Shown in pieces: positions 19,742 through 29,852 of a stretch of 64,000 bases of DNA (position 1 is its first letter; each line of letters starts with the position of its first letter). The notes beneath the pieces are model-generated. The model searched no databases. It saw nothing but the letters and a program-made list of their open reading frames with translations, and was not told where the DNA came from. The DNA is from Opitutales bacterium (GTDB lineage Bacteria; Verrucomicrobiota; Verrucomicrobiia; Opitutales; UBA2987). The DNA is taken from NCBI GenBank assembly GCA_965226885.1, contig CBDDEL010000017.1:352001-416000 (forward strand), in the 5' to 3' direction. A program made the translations under genes and the position numbers.

Positions 19742-20686
19742 ATGGCGGAACAACCTCCGAAACAACGGCGCAAGCTTACCGCCATTTTGATGGCCGATGT
19801 CTCCGGGTTCAGCCGCATGATGGGGGCCGACGAGGTGGGCATGACGGCGAGGATTCGGGAGTTTCACGCCCGTACCAAGTCGATTGTGGAAGGGCATGAG
19901 GGCCGTGTGGTGGATACGGCGGGCGATTCAGTCTTCGGGGAGTTCGACAGTGTGGTCAATGCCATGCGGTGCGCCCAGGAAATTCAACGCGCTCAGGCGA
20001 TGAAAAACAGCGGCCAGCCAGCCAATAAACGGATCGATACACGTATCGGAGTGCATATTGGGGACGTTATTGTAGAGGAATATCAGATTTATGGCGATGG
20101 GGTGAATATCGCCGCGCGGCTCGAATCGATGGCTGAACCGGGGGGCATTTGCATTTCGGAAGCAGTTTTCCAGCAGGTCCGCAACAAAGTGACAAGTGAT
20201 TTTGAGGACATGGGTGTTAAAGAGCTAAAAAACATTGAGTTTCCGTTGCGCCTCTACCGGGTGCCCCCGGAAAGTTATTTGGGTTCCGGTTATTCGCCCG
20301 CCGACGAGGATGATGCGAACACTGATGAGGCAGCAGCGGCCAAGCCCCATGCCCGTTATGCCATTGTCGATGAACTTCTGAAAACAAAGAATGCGACCAA
20401 ACTGGCCCTGGCGGCATTCCTGCTTCTGTGTCCCATATTTCTATTCGAAACCTCGGGAGCATTTCCAACCATTGGCGGGATAATTGCGGCAAGGGTCTTC
20501 GGACGGGCCTGGGCCAGGCATAAGCGCCACCCTGGCAATTACCGCATAGCCGTTGGCATTGGCTGGGGTTGCGGAGCCGCTTTCACCGATTGGAGCATAG
20601 CCACCGACATCATCTTTCTAACCATCTGCGGTGTCCTTGTTATGAAAGGCTATAATCAAAACAAAAAAAGCAAGCGGAGCAGTTAG
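19742..20686 (+). CDS. Class III adenylate/guanylate cyclase domain with C-terminal membrane segments
   Basis: AILMADVSGFS, AGDS, RIGVHIGDV, GDGVNIAARLE, LKNI, then a hydrophobic C-terminus. Confidence 0.9.
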   Translation: MAEQPPKQRRKLTAILMADVSGFSRMMGADEVGMTARIREFHARTKSIVEGHEGRVVDTAGDSVFGEFDSVVNAMRCAQEIQRAQAMKNSGQPANKRIDTRIGVHIGDVIVEEYQIYGDGVNIAARLESMAEPGGICISEAVFQQVRNKVTSDFEDMGVKELKNIEFPLRLYRVPPESYLGSGYSPADEDDANTDEAAAAKPHARYAIVDELLKTKNATKLALAAFLLLCPIFLFETSGAFPTIGGIIAARVFGRAWARHKRHPGNYRIAVGIGWGCGAAFTDWSIATDIIFLTICGVLVMKGYNQNKKSKRSS

Positions 20687-20758
20687 ACAGTCAGTAAAAA
20701 AGCGAGCGTGGAATGAGGATGGGGTGATAAGATTTGGGGATGATGTTTTTATGTTTTT

Positions 20759-21089
20759 ATGCGCACAACTGTTGATGTGGAGGATTCTTTGATGCGACGG
20801 GCAAAATCGGTGGCGGCGGAGCATGGAGAGAGTTTGAAAGAGTTGATTGGCGTGAGTTGGGAGTGGCAGACAAGAGGGGGTCTTCTTCCCTTCCCTCTCG
20901 GGTCGAACTTCCGCTGATTGCGGGCCGGGGGAAAATGAAATAACAGTTTTCGGGGACCGATCTGGAGGGTATTCTGGCCAATGAGGACGCGGGGCGAAGG
21001 CACAGCCGAAGTCGAGGTGGCGCTGGCAGTGGCGCTGGCAGTGGCTAATGAATTTGCCGAGCCTTAATGTGTGGCTGGCGATCAAGTAA
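20759..21089 (+). pseudogene. Degenerate vapBC-type toxin-antitoxin relic
   Basis: 20759 MRTTVDVEDSLMRRAKSVAAEHGESLKELI (RHH antitoxin-like, then frameshifts). 21048 MNLPSLNVWLAIK* resembles a PIN toxin N-terminus. Confidence 0.6.
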
Positions 21090-21317
21090 TGGAAAAAAAA
21101 CGTGCCGGGGATGGCCCGTTCCACCTTTTTTGAGTGTCTATGAGGTCTGGAGGGGCGATCTATTGGGTTTTTTTCGACTTTAATCAAACCTATCAAAGGG
21201 AGCCAACGTAGCGGTTGGCAAATTTCATTGGGTGTGGTATAATGTCGGCTTGAATATTTTTTGGCAAATTTCCGTGGCAAATTGTGTAATCGGCGGTCTA
21301 TTTATGGAATCGTATCT

Positions 21318-24173
21318 ATGAGGTTTTTCTTTTTAACACTTCTCATTTTTGCTTTTTGGGGGCCGGTGGCGGCCTGGGGGCAGGATTGGGAGCTTTCCTG
21401 GGCGCACGAGCGCAGCCGTCTGAAGCCGGATGAGGCGGTGCTGTGGGGCAGATTGAGCAATGGCTTGCGCTATGCCTTGATGGATCATGCGGGAGCGCCG
21501 GGCAAGGTGAGCATCAAGCTGCTGGTGCTGGCGGGGTCCGTCGAGGAAAGGGAAGAGGAGCTCGGATTGGCCCACTTTATCGAGCACATGGCTTTCAACG
21601 GGTCGCGCAATTTCGAACCGGGCGAGCTGGCCTCGTTTTTTCAGCAGGCGGGGATGGAATACGGCAAGGATCTCAATGCTGTGACGACTTTCGATTACAC
21701 CCTATACGGCCTGGAGTTTTGGGAAAATGATGAAGAGTTGTTAAAAAAGGGACTTCTGTTCCTGCGCGATATCGGCGATGGAATTCGTTTTCCGGAACGG
21801 GAAATCGACATGGAGCGGAAGGTAATCCTGAGTGAAATGCGGAGCCGGGACGGCATGGTTTACCGGGCCAAGGTCGATTCCTTCAAACTGTTCTTTAAAG
21901 GTCTCACTTTTACCAAGCGGCTGCCCATCGGCACGACGGAGAGAATCAACAACTTGAGCCGGGAACAGTTTCTGCAATTCTATGGTAAATGGTATCGGCC
22001 GGACTTGATGGTCCTGGTGGTGGCAGGCGATGTGCGTTCGCCAAAGATGGCCGGTTGGGTGAAGGAATTATTCGGCGACATGAAGGGGCCGGCCGGAGAG
22101 CTGCCACCACGAAATATCGGTAAGCTGCAACGCCCGCGGGCAGTGCGGGCAGCAAGCTACCGGGTATCGGATGTCAATTCGACCAATATCCAGGCCGCCT
22201 CAGTGGTTGCGGCCCGCAAACAGGCCGATTCCCAGGAGGTTCGCAAACAGCGTTTCAACCGCTCCTTTGCCATGAATTTGCTGCAGCAGCGCATGCACAA
22301 AACCATACGCAGCGGATCGGTGGGGGGAGCCGAATATGCGCAATTTTTCGGTTATAACGTAGCCATGGCGTCCATCGAAACCGGCGGAGGGCAATGGGCC
22401 GACGGAGTCCGAGATTTGGATCGGGCGATTCGGGTCAGCCTGGAAAAAGGTTTTACCGAAAAGGAGATCAATAAGCTGCGCGAGCGGGAATTGTCCGTAA
22501 TCCGTAAAATGCGCACTTACGCCCCAAAGATGGATCCTTCGATGATCTGCGAAAACCTGGCCATGTCGATTTATGAGGACCAGGTGTACATGGGCATCGA
22601 ACAGGATTTAATATGGAATGAGACTTTTTTAAAGCAATTGACCGCAAAAACGGTGCATCGATCTTTTCGGGAGTGCTGGGATTTCGATCAGATGTCGTTT
22701 CACCTATCGGGCGCGATTCCCGAGGATGGAACCTCCGGCCAGATAAGGAAGGAGGTGGCCAAAGGCCGTAGCGAGCATGCCTATGTCAACCAGTACCTTT
22801 ATCAGTCCGAGATAGAGTTCACACCTATCAGGTGGGGTCCGGTGGGAACGGTCGTCGAGTCCAAAAAAATTCCCGAATTCGGTGCCGAATTGATGAAATT
22901 CTCCAATAATGTCCGGTTGAATTTCATTGAATCCCATTCTGAGCCGGGCCAGGCAATTGCTTTGGTGCGGGTTGGGGGCGGACTCTTCGATTTGAACGAA
23001 AACAAACCCGGATTGCGGGAGTTCGCCTTGCAGGCTTTTCTGCAGAGCGGAACCAGCCGCTACGAAGCCACCCAGATTCTCTCTTTTTTACGATCGCCCA
23101 ATGTCCGCTTCGGCTTCGACCTGGAGGATCACGACGCCTTCAACTTCAAAGGGCAGTTCGGCAGCGAGGACCTAGATTTCTTCCTCGGCGTGGTAACGGA
23201 GCTGCTGCACCGGCCGCGGATACACCGCTCCAGTTTCCAGAGCGCGCGGATCGTTTCGGCGCTTTCGCGCTCCTCCTCAAGCATCGGCATGGGAGAGGGT
23301 TACCGGGCCTTTGAGGATTATTTGCACAAGGGAGATGATAGGTTCGCGTGGGGGACTTATAAAGATTACGGGGCGCTGGGGGTGACCAGTGTTCGCAATT
23401 GGTTGCAGGACTCTCTGGCCCACGGCTACATCGAGGTGAGCATTGTGGGAGACATAGACAAATCCACGGTCGTCGAGAGCATGTCCCGAACGCTCGGTTC
23501 TTTGACCGAGAGACGGGATGTCAAGATCAACCCGGTTTCCCTCAGTCCGGTAAAAATCGACGCTCCCCCCGGATACCATAAACTGGAATTTGTGGGTGAA
23601 GAACACCTGGCCATGGTGGTGGGGTACTGGCCGACATTCGAGCGGCTGACGATTCGCGACCGAGTTGCGCTGGAAGTGCTCAGCAATCTGGTCGAGCGGC
23701 GCCTCTGGGATCGATTGCGGGAGGATCTCGGTGTCAGTTACAGCCCGCAGGCGGAATTCAAACACCTTGTCGAGTATCCGGAATTCGCCTTTATCGAGGC
23801 CAAAATCGATTGCTCCCCCGAGGAGGCCCCGGCCATCGCCAAGGCTTTGCTAAATATTTCAGAAAAAATAGGAAAAGACGGCATTCCTGAGGGTAAGGCC
23901 GATGAATTTATTGGGCCGCTCAAATTCAAACTACGGCATGCCATGCGCTCCAACCATTTCCTGCTCGACACGGTTTTAAAGCGCGCGCAGGAGCAACCGG
24001 ATTCGGTGCAGGATGCCATAGCATTAAAGAAATATGAATTTACTGAGGAAACTATCAAAGAGGTGAACGCCATAGCCAAAACCCTTCTGGCCCCGGAAAA
24101 CTCCAGGGCCGCCGTTATCAGCCCGAAACCATTAATCGGCCTGTTCCAAATAAATGCCATCCAGTCGCCATAG
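21318..24173 (+). CDS. M16-family (PqqL-like) zinc protease, secreted
   Basis: Signal peptide, GRLSNGLRY, GLAHFIEHMAFNGS (HxxEH), WYRPDLM. Confidence 0.93.
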   Translation: MRFFFLTLLIFAFWGPVAAWGQDWELSWAHERSRLKPDEAVLWGRLSNGLRYALMDHAGAPGKVSIKLLVLAGSVEEREEELGLAHFIEHMAFNGSRNFEPGELASFFQQAGMEYGKDLNAVTTFDYTLYGLEFWENDEELLKKGLLFLRDIGDGIRFPEREIDMERKVILSEMRSRDGMVYRAKVDSFKLFFKGLTFTKRLPIGTTERINNLSREQFLQFYGKWYRPDLMVLVVAGDVRSPKMAGWVKELFGDMKGPAGELPPRNIGKLQRPRAVRAASYRVSDVNSTNIQAASVVAARKQADSQEVRKQRFNRSFAMNLLQQRMHKTIRSGSVGGAEYAQFFGYNVAMASIETGGGQWADGVRDLDRAIRVSLEKGFTEKEINKLRERELSVIRKMRTYAPKMDPSMICENLAMSIYEDQVYMGIEQDLIWNETFLKQLTAKTVHRSFRECWDFDQMSFHLSGAIPEDGTSGQIRKEVAKGRSEHAYVNQYLYQSEIEFTPIRWGPVGTVVESKKIPEFGAELMKFSNNVRLNFIESHSEPGQAIALVRVGGGLFDLNENKPGLREFALQAFLQSGTSRYEATQILSFLRSPNVRFGFDLEDHDAFNFKGQFGSEDLDFFLGVVTELLHRPRIHRSSFQSARIVSALSRSSSSIGMGEGYRAFEDYLHKGDDRFAWGTYKDYGALGVTSVRNWLQDSLAHGYIEVSIVGDIDKSTVVESMSRTLGSLTERRDVKINPVSLSPVKIDAPPGYHKLEFVGEEHLAMVVGYWPTFERLTIRDRVALEVLSNLVERRLWDRLREDLGVSYSPQAEFKHLVEYPEFAFIEAKIDCSPEEAPAIAKALLNISEKIGKDGIPEGKADEFIGPLKFKLRHAMRSNHFLLDTVLKRAQEQPDSVQDAIALKKYEFTEETIKEVNAIAKTLLAPENSRAAVISPKPLIGLFQINAIQSP

Positions 24174-24200
24174 GTTCTAAATAGAAAGCGAAAAATTGAT

Positions 24201-25289
24201 ATGGCTCTTTTCATTATTTGTTTGGTCTTCTCCTTCGGGGTTGTCGGGGTCCATTCTCCAACTGCCGAAGCTGCCTCCCAATCCATGACCGGGGTTAAAA
24301 TGGAAGAATTCATTTTCGAATCGGCGCCTTTTGCGGAATGCCACGCTTCCACCATTGAGCAGGCGGGAGACCGATTCGTGGCCGCCTGGTTCGGAGGAAC
24401 GCATGAAAACAATCCCGATGTCGGCATTTGGGTGAGCCACCGAATGAATGGGGGTTGGTCGGAGCCGGTGGAAGTGGCTAATGGAGTGCAGCATGACGGC
24501 AAGCGTTACCCATGCTGGAATCCGGTCCTTTATCAGCCCGAAAGCGGCCCTCTCCTTCTTTTTTACAAGGTTGGCCCCACTCCGCGGGATTGGTGGGGAA
24601 TGCTCATGACATCCACTGACAAGGGGGAAACCTGGTCACAGCCGCGGCGGTTGCCGGAGGATATTCTGGGGCCGGTGAAGAACAAACCCATCGCCCTGGC
24701 CGGCGGCGATCTTTTATGCCCATCGAGCAGCGAGCACGATGGCTGGCGCGTCCATTTTGAACGCACGCCGGATCTCGGAGCGACCTGGAGCCTCATTGGT
24801 CCGGTAAACGACGGGGTGCGTTTGAGCGCCATTCAACCCACCCTGCTTCGATACCCTGGAGGTCGTTTGCAAGCCCTTTGCCGCAGCAAGCAGAAGGTTG
24901 TCCTGCAAACCTGGTCGGATGACGAGGGGAGAAACTGGAGCCCGCTCACGCCGACCAAGCTGCCCAATCCCAATTCCGGGATCGATGGCGTCACCCTGGC
25001 CGATGGGCGGCAACTGCTGGTTTACAATCATACCATTCGCAACGAGATTTCACGCAGCGGCCGTTCCTTTCTCAATGTGGCGATTTCCGTGGATGGGCAG
25101 GAGTGGAAAGCCGCTCTCGTTCTCGAAGATGAACCCGGTGAATTTTCCTACCCGGCGGTCATCGTTGCTTCAGACGAGCTCGTTCACATCACCTATACCT
25201 GGCAGCGCCGCCGGATTAAACATGTCGTGCTTGACCCGGCACAACTCATCCTGAGCGATATGCTTGGCGGCGCCTGGCCCAGTGAGTGA
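24201..25289 (+). CDS. Sialidase/BNR-repeat family protein
   Basis: CHASTI, Asp-boxes STDKGETWS and SDDEGRNWS, PNPNSGID, FSYPAVI. Confidence 0.88.
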   Translation: MALFIICLVFSFGVVGVHSPTAEAASQSMTGVKMEEFIFESAPFAECHASTIEQAGDRFVAAWFGGTHENNPDVGIWVSHRMNGGWSEPVEVANGVQHDGKRYPCWNPVLYQPESGPLLLFYKVGPTPRDWWGMLMTSTDKGETWSQPRRLPEDILGPVKNKPIALAGGDLLCPSSSEHDGWRVHFERTPDLGATWSLIGPVNDGVRLSAIQPTLLRYPGGRLQALCRSKQKVVLQTWSDDEGRNWSPLTPTKLPNPNSGIDGVTLADGRQLLVYNHTIRNEISRSGRSFLNVAISVDGQEWKAALVLEDEPGEFSYPAVIVASDELVHITYTWQRRRIKHVVLDPAQLILSDMLGGAWPSE

Positions 25290-25420
25290 AAACTCGGGGG
25301 GGATGGATCTCTGCAATTCGTTCACACCGCCCGCATTCTCCGGAGCGGTCCTACATCCGGTTTCCTTTTGACAGCTTTGCCTTAATGACATTTTCTCTCA
25401 TTTCCTGAAAATAAATTTGC

Positions 25421-27202
25421 ATGAACGTAATTTGGAGAGTTTCCGGCTACCTGTTCCGCTATAAGTGGCTTTTCTTTCTGACCCTCGCCCTGGCGGTCGG
25501 CAGCATGCTGTTTATGCTCATCGTGCCGCGGCTGTTTCAATGGGTCTTCGACGATATCATCGCCCAGAAAAAATTGGATTTGCTATGGGTGGGAGTGCTC
25601 ATGGTGGCCGGTTGTTATTTTGCCCGCGAATTTCTCAATAGCATGCGCATCAGGGTAAACAATACTCTGGAGCAAAAGGTTCTCATCGACCTGCGGCACG
25701 ATTTGCATCTGAAATTGCTTGAATTGCCGGTCTCTTTTTATGACCGAAGAAAGAGCGGGGAAATAGCCTCCCGAGTGATTGAAGATGTTCAGGATCTGGA
25801 GAGGGCATTGCTGGACGGGACGGAACAGGGGATGGTGGCTCTGCTCTCCATTATGGGCATCACTACGATGCTTTTCTGGATGGAGCCTAGCCTGGCCGTT
25901 CTGGTTTTGGCGCCCCTTCCCATTCTCCTGTTTATCGCCTGGAACCACGCCAAGGCCACCCGTATCAACTGGAGGAAAGTGCGCGAAGCAGCCGGCGAAT
26001 TGAACAGCCTGCTGATCGAGGATATTCAGGGAAACCGCCTGATACACTCTTTTGCGCTCAAGGAAAGGGAACGCCGACGGTTCCGGGGGCACGCCGAGGA
26101 GTTGAGGGAGCGAACCCTCAAGGCCATGTTTCGCTGGTCTCTTTACAATCCGGTATCCAACTTCATTGCCAGTCTGGGCACGGTGGCGGTCATCGGCATG
26201 GGTGGTTATTTCCTGATGAGCGATCCAGCTTTCAGTTTCGGCAAATTTGTGGCTTTTTTCGCTTATTGCGCCATGCTCTATGAGCCGCTGAACCGATTGA
26301 ACATGCTTAACCACATGTTCAGCGCGGCCAAGGCCTCGGGCGAGCGGGTATTCGAAATCATGGATCACCCGGTCGATGTAAAAGACCCCGAAAATCCCAA
26401 GCCCTTCCCCCAAGGCAGGCACAGGGTTCGTTTTCAGGAAGTCAATTTCTCCTACCCGGAACGCGACCAGATTATAAAGGATCTCAATCTGGAATTGCCG
26501 CCGGGCAAGGTGACGGCCCTGGTCGGGCATACGGGCGCGGGCAAGAGCACCATCGCCAATCTCATGCTGCGCTATTACGATGTCGGCAGCGGCAAAATAA
26601 CCATTAACGATGTCGATGTGCGCGAGATGAAACTGGGGCATTTGCGAGGCAGCATCGGTCTGGTGGCCCAGGACCCGTTTCTCTTCGACGGCACGGTGGA
26701 GGAAAACCTGCTTCTGGCCCGTGAAGACGGCAACAACAAGGATTTGCAAAGGGCCCTCGAGGGGGCCCGCGCCTGGGAGTTTGTGACTCAGTTGCCGGAC
26801 GGGACGAAAACTATGATCGGCGAGCGCGGCATCCGCCTGAGCATGGGCGAAAAGCAGCGCTTGACTATTGCCAGGGTTCTCCTCAAAAACCCCCCGCTGA
26901 TCATCCTGGACGAAGCCACTTCGAGCGTGGACAGCGTGACGGAGCGTTACATCCAGGAGGCTCTGGAGACACTGGTCAAAAACCGCACGGTGCTGGTCAT
27001 TGCCCACCGCCTATCGACTGTCAGCCGGGCCGATCAAATTGTGGTGCTGGAAAAGGGCAAAGTGGTGGAAATCGGGACCCACTCCAGCCTATTGAAAGTG
27101 AATGGCCATTACAGCCATCTGTGGAATACCCAGCACGACTTTATTCCGGAACAGGAAACCCTCCTGCAAGAGCCGCAGCCTGAAAGAATCGCAGGCTACT
27201 GA
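25421..27202 (+). CDS. ABC exporter, fused permease/ATPase (MsbA/MdlB-like)
   Basis: TM domain, GHTGAGKST, LSMGEKQR, ILDEATS, IAHRLST. Confidence 0.95.
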   Translation: MNVIWRVSGYLFRYKWLFFLTLALAVGSMLFMLIVPRLFQWVFDDIIAQKKLDLLWVGVLMVAGCYFAREFLNSMRIRVNNTLEQKVLIDLRHDLHLKLLELPVSFYDRRKSGEIASRVIEDVQDLERALLDGTEQGMVALLSIMGITTMLFWMEPSLAVLVLAPLPILLFIAWNHAKATRINWRKVREAAGELNSLLIEDIQGNRLIHSFALKERERRRFRGHAEELRERTLKAMFRWSLYNPVSNFIASLGTVAVIGMGGYFLMSDPAFSFGKFVAFFAYCAMLYEPLNRLNMLNHMFSAAKASGERVFEIMDHPVDVKDPENPKPFPQGRHRVRFQEVNFSYPERDQIIKDLNLELPPGKVTALVGHTGAGKSTIANLMLRYYDVGSGKITINDVDVREMKLGHLRGSIGLVAQDPFLFDGTVEENLLLAREDGNNKDLQRALEGARAWEFVTQLPDGTKTMIGERGIRLSMGEKQRLTIARVLLKNPPLIILDEATSSVDSVTERYIQEALETLVKNRTVLVIAHRLSTVSRADQIVVLEKGKVVEIGTHSSLLKVNGHYSHLWNTQHDFIPEQETLLQEPQPERIAGY

Positions 27203-27295
27203 AATCAACCCGTTCCCCATGCACTGTGAAAGCGGCAACATGTAAAATTAGATTGCCGAAAAGTCATCTTGCCACAATCTAGGGGAATAATTGAA

Positions 27296-27595
27296 ATGGG
27301 CGAAGAACAAACAAATCCGCAAATCCAGGAAATTGAAAAAACCCTGGTGGTTAAAAACAAACAAGGCATTCACGCCAGGCCCGCGGCTATGATTGTTAAA
27401 ACGGCCAACAAATACGAGGCCGAAGTTTATGTCGAAAAAGATGGCGAACAGGTCAATGGCAAAAGCATCATGGGCCTGATGATGCTGGCCGCCGCCAATG
27501 GGACCCATCTGAAATTTGTGGCCGTGGGCGAACAGGGGGCCGAACTTTTAAAAGAATTGGAAGACCTCTTCGAGCGCAAATTCGAAATCGAGTAA
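27296..27595 (+). CDS. ptsH: Phosphocarrier protein HPr
   Basis: GIHARPAA (His15) and NGKSIMGLMML (Ser46). Confidence 0.95.
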   Translation: MGEEQTNPQIQEIEKTLVVKNKQGIHARPAAMIVKTANKYEAEVYVEKDGEQVNGKSIMGLMMLAAANGTHLKFVAVGEQGAELLKELEDLFERKFEIE

Positions 27596-27616
27596 AAAAA
27601 GCCTCTGCCAATCGCT

Positions 27617-28873
27617 TTAGCGGCGCCGGACCCGGTTCATGCTAGTGGCTGTGGAAAATCCCCTATTGCGGCGTTTGGGTTGAGGTTTTTGCTCCTCCAG
27701 AATGGGAGTCCATTTATAATCGAAGTCCTCGATTTTTTTACGCTCTATCTTTTGACCGATGAAATCCTCGATTTTTTTCAGAAAATCCTGGTCGCTGGCC
27801 GTAAAAAGGGTCACCGCATCGCCTTCGTTATCCATGCGACCGGTTCGTCCAATGCGGTGGACATAATCCTCCCGATGCTGCGGTATATCGTAATTAATGA
27901 CGTGGCTCACATCCTTGATGTCGATGCCGCGCGAGACAATATCCGTGGCTACGAGGATTTCCACTTTTCCGGATATGAAGCCTTCCATGGCCTTGTCCCG
28001 CTCTTTTTGGGAGCGATCGGAGTGCAGGGTGGCCGTCTTGTGATCGGTATTTTCGAGCCAACGGGCAATGATGTCGGCCCCGTTTTTAGTGCGGCAAAAA
28101 ATGATAACACTGCTATAATCGATCTTTTTTAAAATCGCCACCAGAAGATCGAATTTTTGGCGCTCGTCCACCGGATAGATCGCGTGGGTAACCGTTTCGG
28201 CGGTGGAAACGCCGCCGCCGATGTCAACCCGAACCGGGTCGCGCAGTACCCATGCCGCCAAATTTTCAATTTCCGGAACCAAAGTGGCGGAAAAGAGCAT
28301 ACTTTGCCGTCGTTTGCTGGAGCACCGCCCGATGATTCGCCGCACATCGGGCATAAATCCCATGTCGAGCATGCGGTCGGCCTCGTCCAGCACAAGGAAA
28401 CTTATTTTATCCAGCGAAAGCGTTCCGCGCCCTAAATGGTCGAGCAGGCGGCCCGGGGTCGCGACCACGATATCCGTTCCTTTTTTCAAATTATCGATCT
28501 GTTTCCCATATCCCACCCCACCGTGCAGCAGGGTTGTCAACAGGTCTGTTCCTTTTCCGTAGGCCTGAAAGGCTTTTTCCACTTGCTGGGCCAATTCCCG
28601 GGTTGGTTCGAGAATAAGGCAGCGCAAGGCGCCGTGCCGTTTGAGCAGTGAGAGAATGGGCAAGGCGAAGGCTGCCGTTTTGCCCGTGCCGGTATGGGAA
28701 GCGCCTATGATATCCCTTCCGTTCAATACCAGTGGTATGGCCTGGGCCTGCACCGTGGAGGGTTTTTCGTAGCCCTTGTCCGCGACGGCCTGAAGAACCG
28801 CTTCGCTCAATCCAAGGCTGGAAAAATCCTCCAGCTTCTCCTGATTCAATAAAATTTCTTCTCTATCATTCAT
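27617..28873 (-). CDS. DEAD-box RNA helicase (RhlE-like)
   Basis: TGTGKT, PTRELA, DEAD, SAT, HRIGRTGR. Confidence 0.96.
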   Translation of the reverse strand: MNDREEILLNQEKLEDFSSLGLSEAVLQAVADKGYEKPSTVQAQAIPLVLNGRDIIGASHTGTGKTAAFALPILSLLKRHGALRCLILEPTRELAQQVEKAFQAYGKGTDLLTTLLHGGVGYGKQIDNLKKGTDIVVATPGRLLDHLGRGTLSLDKISFLVLDEADRMLDMGFMPDVRRIIGRCSSKRRQSMLFSATLVPEIENLAAWVLRDPVRVDIGGGVSTAETVTHAIYPVDERQKFDLLVAILKKIDYSSVIIFCRTKNGADIIARWLENTDHKTATLHSDRSQKERDKAMEGFISGKVEILVATDIVSRGIDIKDVSHVINYDIPQHREDYVHRIGRTGRMDNEGDAVTLFTASDQDFLKKIEDFIGQKIERKKIEDFDYKWTPILEEQKPQPKRRNRGFSTATSMNRVRRR

Positions 28874-28973
28874 AAAATATACAAGTTGTCATACGGTGTT
28901 TTTAAAAAATATTGTCAAAGTCTTTTTCCAATTGCCAGCCCCAAAGAAAGCCAAACAGGATTGCTTTTTACCC

Positions 28974-29852
28974 ATGTCCGTTGACCAAACCTCAAAAACG
29001 GCTCCCTACCGGGGCCGTCTGGCGCCCACTCCTTCCGGTTATTTGCATCTGGGCCACGCCCGCACCTTCTGGACTACCGACCGGCGCTGCCGGGAAAACC
29101 AAGGCGTCCTTATTTTGAGAAACGAGGACCTGGATCGGCAACGCTGTAAAGATGCTTTCACCGAGGCCATGATTGAAGATTTGCTCTGGCTGGGCTGCCG
29201 TTGGCAGGAGGGGCCGGATATCGGAGGTCCGGCCGGACCCTATAATCAGAGCGACCGCATAAAATTCTACCTGAGGGCATGGCAGGAACTCAAAGATGGC
29301 GGCGCCATTTATCCGTCCCCCCATTCCCGAAAAGATGTCGAGCGAGCTTTGAGAGCGCCCCATGAAGGAGAGGCCGATCCTCCCTTTCCATTGCATTTGC
29401 GGCCGCCGGAAGGGACTGGTCGCGACGAACCGGAACCGGGCCGGATGAACTGGCGGTTCCGTGTTCCGGTAGGAGAATCGATCTCTTTTCAAGACGGGAA
29501 TGCCGGGTTGGTGACAAAAGAGGCCGGTAAGGATTTTGGCGATTTTCTGGTATGGCGAAAAGATGGCTTTCCCTCTTATGAATTGGCGGTGGTGGTGGAC
29601 GATTGCAAAATGGGCGTCACGGAAGTGGTGCGCGGTGAGGATTTACTCACTTCAACGGCTAGGCAGCTCCTTATTTACAAGCAGCTGAAATGGCCTCCGC
29701 CGGCGTTTTATCACTGTCCCCTGATTCGAGATGAAAAGGGGGCTCGCCTTTCGAAAAGGCACGATTCCCTCAATGTCAGAACCTTGCGTGAGAACGGATG
29801 GGATCCGGAGCAGGTTCGAGCCGAAGGGGAAAAAATTTTGCCATCCCGATAA
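28974..29852 (+). CDS. gluQ: tRNA glutamyl-Q(34) synthetase
   Basis: RLAPTPSGYLHLGH, VVRGEDL, RLSKR. Short, with no anticodon-binding domain. Confidence 0.88.
   Translation: MSVDQTSKTAPYRGRLAPTPSGYLHLGHARTFWTTDRRCRENQGVLILRNEDLDRQRCKDAFTEAMIEDLLWLGCRWQEGPDIGGPAGPYNQSDRIKFYLRAWQELKDGGAIYPSPHSRKDVERALRAPHEGEADPPFPLHLRPPEGTGRDEPEPGRMNWRFRVPVGESISFQDGNAGLVTKEAGKDFGDFLVWRKDGFPSYELAVVVDDCKMGVTEVVRGEDLLTSTARQLLIYKQLKWPPPAFYHCPLIRDEKGARLSKRHDSLNVRTLRENGWDPEQVRAEGEKILPSR

Noticed and set aside
20618..21280. 220-aa minus-strand ORF
   Set aside because: No motifs and atypical composition. The plus strand is better explained as a TA relic.
25583..27007. 474-aa minus-strand ORF, and similar ones at 43269-44486, 47748-48818, 40296-41111 and 59443-60255
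   Set aside because: Each is antisense to a well-supported gene and has no recognisable motifs.
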